From an uncultured delta proteobacterium (GTDB lineage: Bacteria > Myxococcota_A > Polyangia > Fen-1088), in the NCBI GenBank assembly GCA_963796685.1, contig CAWCMR010000025.1, positions 1,280,001-1,344,000 of the forward strand: 64,000 nucleotides of DNA. Reading direction: 5' to 3'. This document shows, piece after piece, positions 31,248 to 39,978 of this stretch. How positions within the stretch are numbered: the stretch's first letter is position 1; the number at the start of each line of letters is the position of its first letter. A program made the position numbers and the translations under genes. Below the pieces are notes generated by a model. The model worked only from the letters and a program-made list of their open reading frames with translations, was not told the origin of the DNA and did not search any database.

Positions 31248-32564
31248 ATGTTCGCCAGCGGACTCACCATCTTGTCCGCGCTATTCGTTCTCCAGGCCGA
31301 GGTGCAGTTCGAGGCCGGCACACGAATCGAAAGCAGTATTGGGGAAGCGCCCACGGGAACGACGCAGGTAACGTCCTCGAGCGCGGCGGGTTCGCCCGTC
31401 ACAACGTCCGTGCCGGCTGAGCAACCCCAGGTTGTGGTGGCGGCAACGCCGCTCCTCAGCCTGCGCTGGCTGGATGGGGTCGACGACCTTCGTGTAGAAT
31501 CCGCCAGCAGGATTCTCTGGCGTCCGGAGCCTCTCCCCGACTCTCGTCCACTTTTTCTCGAAACACTCGAGGCAACTCACACCAGACATCCGAGTAGGCG
31601 AAGTCGACTGCGGCTCAACTTCCTGGCCAGCTACGGAGAACAGGACTACACGTCCCTCCAGCAGCAACTCTCCAATCAGCCCGCCTTGCCACTCGCCACG
31701 ACCATGCTCATGCTCGATGCGACAGGTGGCGCATCATGGCGCAGCTCGCGGCGAACAACGCTGGATATCCAGCTAGGGGCGATGTATCGCCGCGCCTTCG
31801 ACACTTCTACCCTCGTGAACGGGACAGCAGGCTCCTCCGCGTCGACCGTCCCAACGCTCCCCACCCAATATACGCTCACGGCCGCTCCCGGACTGGCCTT
31901 CGCACTCACCCGGCGCTCGAGCGTGGATGCCGTCGTTTCCGTCATCGACACGGACAGCCAAGAAGTCGAGCTCGCATCCGGGCAGCCCGGCGACTTGAAT
32001 GTACTCTTGATCCAGCCTCAGGTGGGCATTCGCGAAGAGCTCACCGGCCGGCAACAATTGCACCTGGCTGCCGGATTCAGCTATGCGGTGACACTCCGTC
32101 GAACGGACATTGCCAACCTGACCTGGTATCCCGCGCCACTCCTTCAGATCGATCTCATCTCGGTCTTGCAGCGAACGCGCACGGCTGTCGTACGATCGAC
32201 CCTGGGTGCGGGAACGACAGAGTTCGTTGACCCCGTGCTTGGCGCAGTGGTCTCGCGTGGTCTCGCCCAGGCGGGTGTAGACGCCCAACTGGGGCTGTGG
32301 AGCGTGGGGGCACGCTGCGCGTTTGCGACCGATCTCTCCAGGACTCTGCCTACCATCGGGAATGTCTTCCCTGACGAAACCGCCGTGTCGGCCGAGATCC
32401 CGGTTCGCTATCGCACGTCGAGACACCTGGTTGTCGAGCTCGGGGGGCGATACACCGAGCGCGCTCCCCACCTGGGCGCGCCGGGGTTCGCCTGGCACAA
32501 CCGAGAGCTGTGGCTGTACCTCAATCTGACTGCCTCTTCGCGGCCCTCGTCCACGCGCTCCTAG
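31248..32564 (+). CDS. Putative outer-membrane beta-barrel of EPS export (EpsX/GumB-partner-like)
   Basis: Signal-like N-terminus; many amphipathic beta-strands (VVELGGRYTER, ELWLYLNLTA); starts 4 bp after the OPX stop, as in myxobacterial epsY-epsX. Confidence 0.6.
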   Translation: MFASGLTILSALFVLQAEVQFEAGTRIESSIGEAPTGTTQVTSSSAAGSPVTTSVPAEQPQVVVAATPLLSLRWLDGVDDLRVESASRILWRPEPLPDSRPLFLETLEATHTRHPSRRSRLRLNFLASYGEQDYTSLQQQLSNQPALPLATTMLMLDATGGASWRSSRRTTLDIQLGAMYRRAFDTSTLVNGTAGSSASTVPTLPTQYTLTAAPGLAFALTRRSSVDAVVSVIDTDSQEVELASGQPGDLNVLLIQPQVGIREELTGRQQLHLAAGFSYAVTLRRTDIANLTWYPAPLLQIDLISVLQRTRTAVVRSTLGAGTTEFVDPVLGAVVSRGLAQAGVDAQLGLWSVGARCAFATDLSRTLPTIGNVFPDETAVSAEIPVRYRTSRHLVVELGGRYTERAPHLGAPGFAWHNRELWLYLNLTASSRPSSTRS

Positions 32565-32657
32565 CACTCTTGGCATCGCGCGCCTGGGTCGGTGGCCGCG
32601 CGGAGTACCGGCCACGTCGCGCGTGACCGACTTCGATGTCATCGTATGATTGGTGCC

Positions 32658-33974
32658 ATGACCAACGTCGCAGCGGATAGGTCCGACCCGAGCACCCTGG
32701 TGCTGTCCGGGGAAACTCAGGAGGCATTGGAAGCCGCCACGCTGAGGCTGGCGACCTGGATGGCTGAGGGCTGCCGCGACGGAACCGTGGGTTGGCCGCT
32801 GCCGGAGCTCGCGGCCGCCTTGCGCAACCGCTGCAAGCCGCTACCCTGGCGTCGGGCAGTGCGCGTCGATAGCTGGCGAGACGCGATCGCCGCCCTTGCG
32901 AACAAGAGCCGCCAGGTGACAGCGACGGCGATGGCGAGTCCGCCCAAACTGTTTCTATCGTTTCCCGGCCAGGGCTCGCTGCGGCCGGGGGTGCTGTCAC
33001 GACTGTCGACCGGCGCGCCAGCCTGGGCCGCGCACCTCGCGCGCTATTCCAACCTGGGCCGCGAGCTTTCCGGCTTCGACAGCGCCGTGTGGCTCGGCGA
33101 TGCCGGGGCCGACGCCGATCCCGTGCTCAAGGACAACGCCAAGACCCAGCTCGCCATCTTCTGCGCGGGCGCATCGCTTGGCCGCTGGCTGCTTGACCTC
33201 GGCTTGCGCCCCGACGGGTACATCGGCCATTCGCTCGGGGAATGGATTGGCGCCAATCTCGCGTCTGCGCTCAGCGACCAGGACGCCATACGGGCGGTCC
33301 ACCACCGCGGGCGGTTGATGCAGGCCACCGGAGCCGGCGCGGCGCTCATCGTGCGGTTGGCGCCGGATGTCCTGGCGCCGCAATTGCCCGATGAGATCTC
33401 GCTGGCCTGCGTGAACGCGCCCGACGTGTGCCTGATTAGCGGTCGCCCCGACGCGATCGCGGCCTGCGGCCAAAAGCTCTCCGCTGCGCATATCATCACA
33501 CGCTCGGCCCCTATCCACGTCGCTGTGCACTCGCCCGCGATGGACGAAGTGGTCGAGCCATTCCTGCGCGAGCTCGCGCCGCTCGACTTCGCCGCGCCCG
33601 CGACACCGCTGTTGTCGACCGTGACCGGTGAATGGATGACCGATGTGCAAGCGCGCGACCGCGAGTACTGGGCCCGGCAGCTGCGCCGCCCTGTGCGCTT
33701 CGACAAGGCTGCGAAGACGCTGCTGGCCGAGCCGTGCGCCGTCGTGCTCGAGGTGGGCATGGGCGCTGCGCTCACCAGCCTGGTGACCATGCAGGCACGC
33801 GGCCGCGCCAACCTGCGTGCCCTGCCCCTGCTGGGCCGTGACGAGCCGCCCGCCGAGGGCTACGACCCTGTCAGGGTCCACCAAGCCCTGGCCGAGCTGT
33901 GGGCCGCCGGTATCGCCATCGATCTGACGGGCGAGGTAGAACCGACGCGCCCCGCGCCCAAATTGCCGATCTAA
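32658..33974 (+). CDS. Stand-alone PKS-type acyltransferase (AT) with KS-AT linker
   Basis: FLSFPGQGS, TQLAIF, PDGYIGHSLGE, RGRLMQ, VAVHS, YWARQLRRPVRF, LEVG, LAELWAAG. Confidence 0.88.
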   Translation: MTNVAADRSDPSTLVLSGETQEALEAATLRLATWMAEGCRDGTVGWPLPELAAALRNRCKPLPWRRAVRVDSWRDAIAALANKSRQVTATAMASPPKLFLSFPGQGSLRPGVLSRLSTGAPAWAAHLARYSNLGRELSGFDSAVWLGDAGADADPVLKDNAKTQLAIFCAGASLGRWLLDLGLRPDGYIGHSLGEWIGANLASALSDQDAIRAVHHRGRLMQATGAGAALIVRLAPDVLAPQLPDEISLACVNAPDVCLISGRPDAIAACGQKLSAAHIITRSAPIHVAVHSPAMDEVVEPFLRELAPLDFAAPATPLLSTVTGEWMTDVQARDREYWARQLRRPVRFDKAAKTLLAEPCAVVLEVGMGAALTSLVTMQARGRANLRALPLLGRDEPPAEGYDPVRVHQALAELWAAGIAIDLTGEVEPTRPAPKLPI

Positions 33975-34000
33975 GTCCAAGCTAGACCGAAGTCCCGGGG

Positions 34001-34693
34001 TCACTTGCCATAGCGATCGAAGCCCCCAGAGGCCAGGCGCATCCCGGTCGCGACCATCTCGCGATCGATGACCAGGTGGCCCATGAGGCGTTCCTGGGGC
34101 AGGCCGAGGGTCCGGGCCGAGGCGATCAGCTCGGAGAAGAAGATGCCTTGTTGCGGTACGAGCTCGACATGAGCGTCGGAGAATTCAAGGTATCGCTTGA
34201 AGGTTGGGAAGAGCGCCTTGTAGGTCGTTTCCTTGGCCGAAAAGACCATGCGCGCATGGACCCCCGGGTCGGCGGCACGGTTGGCTTCGCGCAGCTCTTC
34301 TCGGTCGAGCACCAGGGACCACACCTCGGCGGGAAGAGGCAAGCGCGGCTCGGCGTCGAGGCCCAGACCCAAAGCCGTGCTTCGATGGGCAACCGCGACG
34401 GCACAGAACCCGCCCGGAAAGCCGTCGGTGTGGGTGATGGAGCCGACCACCGATGGCGGCCAGATGGGAGTACGGTCAGCCCTCGCGAGCAAGGGAAAGT
34501 CGATGATGCCAATTTCAGCCAAAGCCTTGCGTGCACAGCTTCGCCCAGCCCTGAGCTCCTTCCGTCGCTTCTCTACCGAGTTGGCAACGAGGACGGCTTC
34601 TTCGGGGCGAAGCGGCTCGTGTTCCCCATCAAGAGTTGTCTCCCTCACAACCACGCCTGGCAGGCCGAAGAAGTCAGCAAGACGCACTAGCAT
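34001..34693 (-). CDS. 4'-phosphopantetheinyl transferase (EntD/Sfp family)
   Basis: KRRKELRAGRSCAR, PIWP..VVGSITHT, GLGLDAE, FSAKETTYKA. Confidence 0.92.
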   Translation of the reverse strand: MLVRLADFFGLPGVVVRETTLDGEHEPLRPEEAVLVANSVEKRRKELRAGRSCARKALAEIGIIDFPLLARADRTPIWPPSVVGSITHTDGFPGGFCAVAVAHRSTALGLGLDAEPRLPLPAEVWSLVLDREELREANRAADPGVHARMVFSAKETTYKALFPTFKRYLEFSDAHVELVPQQGIFFSELIASARTLGLPQERLMGHLVIDREMVATGMRLASGGFDRYGK

Positions 34694-34718
34694 CGCTCGG
34701 GGGAATGGCTCGCAGGCG

Positions 34719-36128
34719 TTACCAGGCGTTGCGACCCTTCACCGCGCTGAAAATGGTCATGAAGATGATCTTCAGGTCGAGCAGCAAATTCCAATTACGA
34801 ATGTACTCCAGATCGTGTTCAACGCGCTGTTGCATCTGTTGGAGGTCGGCTGTTTCCCCTCGTAGGCCATTGATCTGAGCCCATCCGGTGATGCCTGGCT
34901 TGACGATGTGACGGAGCATGTACCCATGGATGAGGCCACGGTACTGCTCGTTGTGAGCCACCGCGTGCGGCCTCGGCCCGACCAGGGATAGCTCACCCGT
35001 GATGACCTGCAGGAACTGCGGGAACTCGTCGAGGGAGGTCCGCCGCAAGAAGCGCCCTACCCTGGTAATACGCGGGTCGTTCTTGGAGGCTTGAACGATG
35101 TTTGGCCCGTCCTCGCAAACGCTCATGGTGCGGAACTTGAGGATGCGAATCTTCTTGCCGGATAGACCGTAGCGCCATTGGCGGAAAATGATCGGACCAG
35201 GCGAGCTGACCTTGACGGCAACAGCGATGCAGATCATCGGAATCGCCGTGAGCAGCACGATAACGCTGCCCAAAACCAGGTCTTCCAGGCGCTTGACCAC
35301 ACCCACGATTCCGTCGAAGGGAGAGTCGTGCAGGGCCACGACAGGCAGGTCGCCAACCTGGGACCACTGCGCGGCAAGCAAGCTATACGAGAACAAATCG
35401 GCCACCAGATAGACGGCAGCTGTGGTGTCCGCGAGCAGCGAGATGAGCCCCGCCGTACGCAGATCGGCACGCAATGGAAGGGCGACATAGACGACATCGA
35501 CCACTCCCTCGCGGCACGCGCGAAGTAGGTCTTGCGAATTTCCCATGAACCGCAGGTGAGGATGCTTGGGAACGCCGCGACGCTTCTCTGAACGATCGTC
35601 GTACACCCCGTGCAACTTCAGCCCAAGCCATGGAAGCTTGTCAAACGACTCGGCAAGGCGTTCGGCATCCGCAGTGCAGCCGAGTATCGCAACGCGACGT
35701 TCGTTGTGCCCATGGGCGCGAAAAATGCGCAGTCCAACACGAACGCCGACGCGAAGCATACAAATCATGAGTGGCGCGAAGACGAACCAAGCAAGCGCCG
35801 TGACACGTGAGTAGTGGGTTGAGGTCTTGGTGAAAAACCAGAACCCGAGAAGCACCAGCGGGACCGGCAGCCACGCAACCAGGGTATGCCTGATCTCGCG
35901 AAGAATGCTCTCCATCCGCCAAGTGCGATAGAGGCCCTTCACCTCCGCTGAAAAGCCGTAGACCAGCAAGCCGATGACGGTAACGGTCATCGCATCCTGC
36001 CGCCAATGCTCCCGATAGACGGCGTAAGCCAAAGTCTGAGCGAGAATGATCATCGCCGCGTCGGCTAAGCGCTGCACAGAGCTAACCCACGTTGCATGCC
36101 TCCGAAGTGGACCGCTTGTTGATCCCAT
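34719..36128 (-). CDS. wcaJ: Undecaprenyl-phosphate hexose phosphotransferase (WcaJ/EpsZ priming enzyme)
   Basis: Four N-terminal TMs; KRLED, KFRTM, DPRITRVGRFLRRTSLDEFPQ, SLVGPRP, VKPGITGWAQING, DLEYI. Confidence 0.93.
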   Translation of the reverse strand: MGSTSGPLRRHATWVSSVQRLADAAMIILAQTLAYAVYREHWRQDAMTVTVIGLLVYGFSAEVKGLYRTWRMESILREIRHTLVAWLPVPLVLLGFWFFTKTSTHYSRVTALAWFVFAPLMICMLRVGVRVGLRIFRAHGHNERRVAILGCTADAERLAESFDKLPWLGLKLHGVYDDRSEKRRGVPKHPHLRFMGNSQDLLRACREGVVDVVYVALPLRADLRTAGLISLLADTTAAVYLVADLFSYSLLAAQWSQVGDLPVVALHDSPFDGIVGVVKRLEDLVLGSVIVLLTAIPMICIAVAVKVSSPGPIIFRQWRYGLSGKKIRILKFRTMSVCEDGPNIVQASKNDPRITRVGRFLRRTSLDEFPQFLQVITGELSLVGPRPHAVAHNEQYRGLIHGYMLRHIVKPGITGWAQINGLRGETADLQQMQQRVEHDLEYIRNWNLLLDLKIIFMTIFSAVKGRNAW

Positions 36129-36253
36129 GTTGGTCTATCCTCCCCTAAGCTTGTTTAAACTTGTCCGTATTGTAGCGAGCGAGATTGAGTCAAGCACGCC
36201 ACTTCAAGTCAAAGGAAAATGGCCTATCGAGCGCGTTATCGTCCCCACGACCT

Positions 36254-37342
36254 CTAACGTTCAGTCGGTGTCACCACGGCACTGACGCAAAGATGATCGG
36301 AAGCGAGGGTTTCGCCCACGCGAAATTCGACAGCACGCAGGCCGGGACCCGTGAAGATGCGGTCGATGCGCAACCACGGCAACTTGCTCGGGTAGGTGTA
36401 GCCAAAGCCGCGGCCGACGCTGGCGAACGCGTCGTCGAGGTCGCCCAGATTATCGGGCACCATGCGGCTCAAAGCCGGAAGGTTGAAGTCGCCGGCCGCG
36501 ATCACCGGGTGCACGCTGGCCCGCACCGCCGCAGCCAGCGCCTCCACCTGGCGGCGGCGGCGGTAAGCGTTGAAGGTCAGCGTGTCGGCGTGGTGGCCAA
36601 GCAGCACGTGGCCGTGCCGCAGCTCATACAGGAAGCCCCGCCCGCGCATGTCTTCGAGGCCCTCGCGCGGCGAGGTGGTGTGGACGCTGAAGACGTCGAT
36701 CGGACCGAGATCGGTGGCAATCGTATAGGCCAGAAAGTGCGCCCCACCCTCGCGGTCCTTTTGGCCGCCACCCTCACCTGCCCCGTAGTGCAGCCGGGCA
36801 GGCTGTCTGACCTCGAGGATGGGAAAGCGCGAGGCGATGAAGAACTGGTCGCGTTGATCGACGTGCCAGCCGGCAAAAGCCTGTCGCAGCTGGAGAACCA
36901 GGCCGTCTTGAGCCTCCTGCAGCAACACCAGATTAGGCTGTAACTTCATGACCTGGGCCACGATGTTGGGCACACCACGAGCGCCGAGATCGATGTTGTA
37001 ACTGACCAGTCGGATGGCGCGCGGGTCTTGCGCAGCATCTCCGTCACGCCGCAGGCCGAGCTCGAGACCGAGCAGCGCGAACAACGCGAATAGCACCGCT
37101 GCCAACTGAAGCGCGAACCACCTGCGTGTGCCCCACCGCCAGGTCACGGCGAGCGCGACAGGCGCCGGAAAGAGAAAGCCGACGGGCGGCGCGTATTGGC
37201 CTACGAGCGGTGGCCACCAGCCCTCGCCCGAGAATCGCAGCAAAAGCCACGCCGTCAGCAGACCAAGTGGATAGCCTGCGCCAACGATCATGGCCACGCG
37301 GCGCTTGCTACGCATGGCATCGGAAGATGCTGGCTGGGTCAT
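36254..37342 (-). CDS. Membrane-anchored endonuclease/exonuclease/phosphatase family protein
   Basis: Three N-terminal TMs; SYNI, LLQEA, AGDFN, RIDRIF, SDHL. Confidence 0.85.
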   Translation of the reverse strand: MTQPASSDAMRSKRRVAMIVGAGYPLGLLTAWLLLRFSGEGWWPPLVGQYAPPVGFLFPAPVALAVTWRWGTRRWFALQLAAVLFALFALLGLELGLRRDGDAAQDPRAIRLVSYNIDLGARGVPNIVAQVMKLQPNLVLLQEAQDGLVLQLRQAFAGWHVDQRDQFFIASRFPILEVRQPARLHYGAGEGGGQKDREGGAHFLAYTIATDLGPIDVFSVHTTSPREGLEDMRGRGFLYELRHGHVLLGHHADTLTFNAYRRRRQVEALAAAVRASVHPVIAAGDFNLPALSRMVPDNLGDLDDAFASVGRGFGYTYPSKLPWLRIDRIFTGPGLRAVEFRVGETLASDHLCVSAVVTPTER

Positions 37343-37521
37343 GTGTTGCAACCGTCGCTAGGGCTAGGTGAGGCGGGTGGCCGCCATCCACCTCCTCCAT
37401 GGCCATGGCAAGATCCCCGTCCGTAACGGGCCCGTGCGGCCTGGAATGAGCGATCCTGCGAGGCGAGCCTGCAGCGCACTCGGGAAGGCGTACGTGATCT
37501 GCTTCATGAGGCTGCGGCGTC

Positions 37522-38511
37522 TTAGCTTTGCTTCCAGCGGGGGCTGTCAATGGTGGCGCGCCAGAAGCGGGCGGGTTCCTGGTCTTTGAAGAAGCGCTGG
37601 ATATAGTCGTGGCCGGCGCGCGAGAGTCGCTCGCGAAGCGTTCCATCTTCCAGCGCCCGTAGGGACTGGGCCGCCTTGTCGGGCGTATCGGCAACCAGCG
37701 CGGTTTCGCCGTCCCGCATGCAAAAATTGGCACTATTGGCGTTGCGCCCGACGACCACCATGCCGGCCGACATGGCCTCTTGCGGGGGCAAGGCGCAGCC
37801 CTCGACCAGCGCAGAAGCGAGGAACACTTGGGGAGTTCGAAAACGTTGGGCCAGCTCGGCCAACGGAAGGCCATCGACCATGGTCAGCTTCCAATAGTTG
37901 CCGCCGGTCTGCTGATACGCATGCATGGTTTCTTGAATGAACTCAGGACCCTTGCGCGGAAAGGCCATCAGTTCACCCGCGCGTCTCTCGGATTGGGGAA
38001 TGAAAGGAAAGGCCGAGGCGTCGACGATATTGGGGACGATGGGAATGTCTTTGCCGGAATACTCGCGCTTGCAAATGGCAAGCATGTGCGGCGAGTCGGT
38101 CCAGATGAGCACGCGCTCGCGCCGGTAATCGAAGTCGTGGTGAACGAAGATCGGGCTTTGTTCGTAGGCCACCGCCCAGCCGTCAATGCCGTCGATAAGT
38201 TGGGTATAGATATCGGGCAGGATACAGATATCGTCGGGACGCCTATCAGCCCAACGGACGAAAGGAAGCTTGTCGATTCCCCAGATGGGTCCATAGGTAT
38301 CCGTCCCAGACTCCGTTGCCAGCACTGCCTCGGCACCTTGGTCGCGAGCGACGGCACAGTGGCGCATGATATTGAGGGTCCCACCCCAGACCTGATCGGT
38401 GCGCATGTGCTTTGACCGACACAGCCGCCGCAGGGGCGAGCCTTCCAGCTTCAGCCGCAGCGCCGACTTTTGGGTTCGGTCGAGGTCGGGGATCAGGAAG
38501 AGGAAACGCAC
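37522..38511 (-). CDS. GT-B (GT4-like) glycosyltransferase
   Basis: GGTLNIMRH, FPRKG, EGCALPPQEAMSAG; overlaps the upstream aminotransferase. Confidence 0.75.
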   Translation of the reverse strand: MRFLFLIPDLDRTQKSALRLKLEGSPLRRLCRSKHMRTDQVWGGTLNIMRHCAVARDQGAEAVLATESGTDTYGPIWGIDKLPFVRWADRRPDDICILPDIYTQLIDGIDGWAVAYEQSPIFVHHDFDYRRERVLIWTDSPHMLAICKREYSGKDIPIVPNIVDASAFPFIPQSERRAGELMAFPRKGPEFIQETMHAYQQTGGNYWKLTMVDGLPLAELAQRFRTPQVFLASALVEGCALPPQEAMSAGMVVVGRNANSANFCMRDGETALVADTPDKAAQSLRALEDGTLRERLSRAGHDYIQRFFKDQEPARFWRATIDSPRWKQS

Positions 38512-39674
38512 GACTCAGCTCCTTGACGCAACGTGGTGCGAACAACCCCGATGATGCGTTCGACCTGTTCGCCGGTGAGATGGGGTGAAAGCGGAATGGA
38601 CGCCGTGTGCTCACCAACATAGTACGCGTTGGGAAAGTCGTCCGGCTTGAAGCCGAAGCGCTTGCGGTAGTAGGGGTGGATGTGGAGAGATCGATAGTGA
38701 ACCCCGCAGCCGATCCCGTTCCGATGCAGCGTCTGTAGGAATTGGTCGCGCGTGATTCCCGCCGTGGCTTCGTCGATCAGCAAGGTGTAGAGGTGGCGGG
38801 CATGCAAGGTTTCTGCTTCTTCGGGGGCGGGCCTGACACAAGGAAGATCGGCGAAAGCTTCGTCGTAACGAGCCCAGATTTCGCGGCGCCGCTGTAGCCA
38901 CCCGTCGATCTTGGCAAGCTGGCGAATGCCGATGGCCGCCTGGACGTCGGTCATGTTGTACTTGAAGCCCGTGAAGATCACGTCGTAGTGCTTGTAGCCT
39001 TCGTCGCTGAAGCGCGACCAGGCATCGGCGCTCATGCCGTGCAGGGAGAGAACCCGTGCCTTGTTGGCGATGTAATCGTGGTCGGTGCAGAGCATGCCGC
39101 CTTCGATCGTCGTCATGTTCTTGGTGACGTAGAAGCTGAAGCAGCTGGCATCGCCAAGGGCGCCGATTTTGCCACTACGGTAGCGGGACTCGACGGCATG
39201 GGCGGCGTCCTCGATGAGCATCAGCCCGTGGCGATGGGCGATCTTTCGTAGGGAATCCATTTCACAAGGGCGACCGGCCAAGTGCACGGGAAGGATGGCC
39301 CGGGTTCGGGGGCAAACGCGCTCTTCGACCTGATCCGGGTCGATGTTCATGCTGTCACGCCGAATGTCCGCAAAAATGGGTGTGGCGCCCGAATGAACGA
39401 TGGCATTGCTCGTCGCCGCGAACGTGAGCGGCGTGGTGATCACCTCGTCGCCTTCGCCTAGCCCGGCGGCGACGAGTGCCAAGTGGAGGGCCGCGGTACA
39501 GGATCCGACGGCGACCGCATGGCGCGTTCCGATGTAGCTCGCAAAGGCGCGCTGAAATTCTTGGACCCGTGGGCCGGTGCCTGCCCACCCGCTGCGTAGC
39601 GTGGCGGCGACCGCCTCAATTTCCTCATCGGTGAAGCTTGGCTTGCCAAATACGATATAGTCCTTATTCGCCAT
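38493..39674 (-). CDS. DegT/DnrJ/EryC1/StrS PLP-dependent sugar aminotransferase
   Basis: GPRVQEFQ, SCTAALHL, PVHLAG, IEDAAHA, FSFYVTKNMTTIEGG, GFKYNMTD. Confidence 0.93.
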   Translation of the reverse strand: MANKDYIVFGKPSFTDEEIEAVAATLRSGWAGTGPRVQEFQRAFASYIGTRHAVAVGSCTAALHLALVAAGLGEGDEVITTPLTFAATSNAIVHSGATPIFADIRRDSMNIDPDQVEERVCPRTRAILPVHLAGRPCEMDSLRKIAHRHGLMLIEDAAHAVESRYRSGKIGALGDASCFSFYVTKNMTTIEGGMLCTDHDYIANKARVLSLHGMSADAWSRFSDEGYKHYDVIFTGFKYNMTDVQAAIGIRQLAKIDGWLQRRREIWARYDEAFADLPCVRPAPEEAETLHARHLYTLLIDEATAGITRDQFLQTLHRNGIGCGVHYRSLHIHPYYRKRFGFKPDDFPNAYYVGEHTASIPLSPHLTGEQVERIIGVVRTTLRQGAESCVSSS

Positions 39675-39978
39675 GGCTTTCTATCTGCCTTCGCCAACGC
39701 AAGAGAGCATAGCAGTGGCCGGCCAGCCGGCGAGGGAAAAGCGGGCTTCGAAGCGCTAGCTGCGTACCGCTGGGCGGTTGAATCCATATTCGGAGCACTC
39801 GATGGTGCCAATCGGCGTCCGTCCACGAGGAGCCAAGCCAATATCGCGAACTCCAAGCTTGCCGAGGCGCTCCACGTTCTCTCTGCTATACAACCACCAC
39901 GGTCGTAGGCGTAGGCACGCACGAATCCGCCGCCAAGTACCTGGGATCCCCCCGCGTGGTCAAGGCATAGAATCGACG

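Noticed and set aside
36165-36215. sigma-70 promoter for wcaJ (TTGACT..TACAAT, minus strand)
   Set aside because: The spacer is only 13 bp; the -10 may be real and TTGACT is directly repeated, but the support is too weak to call.
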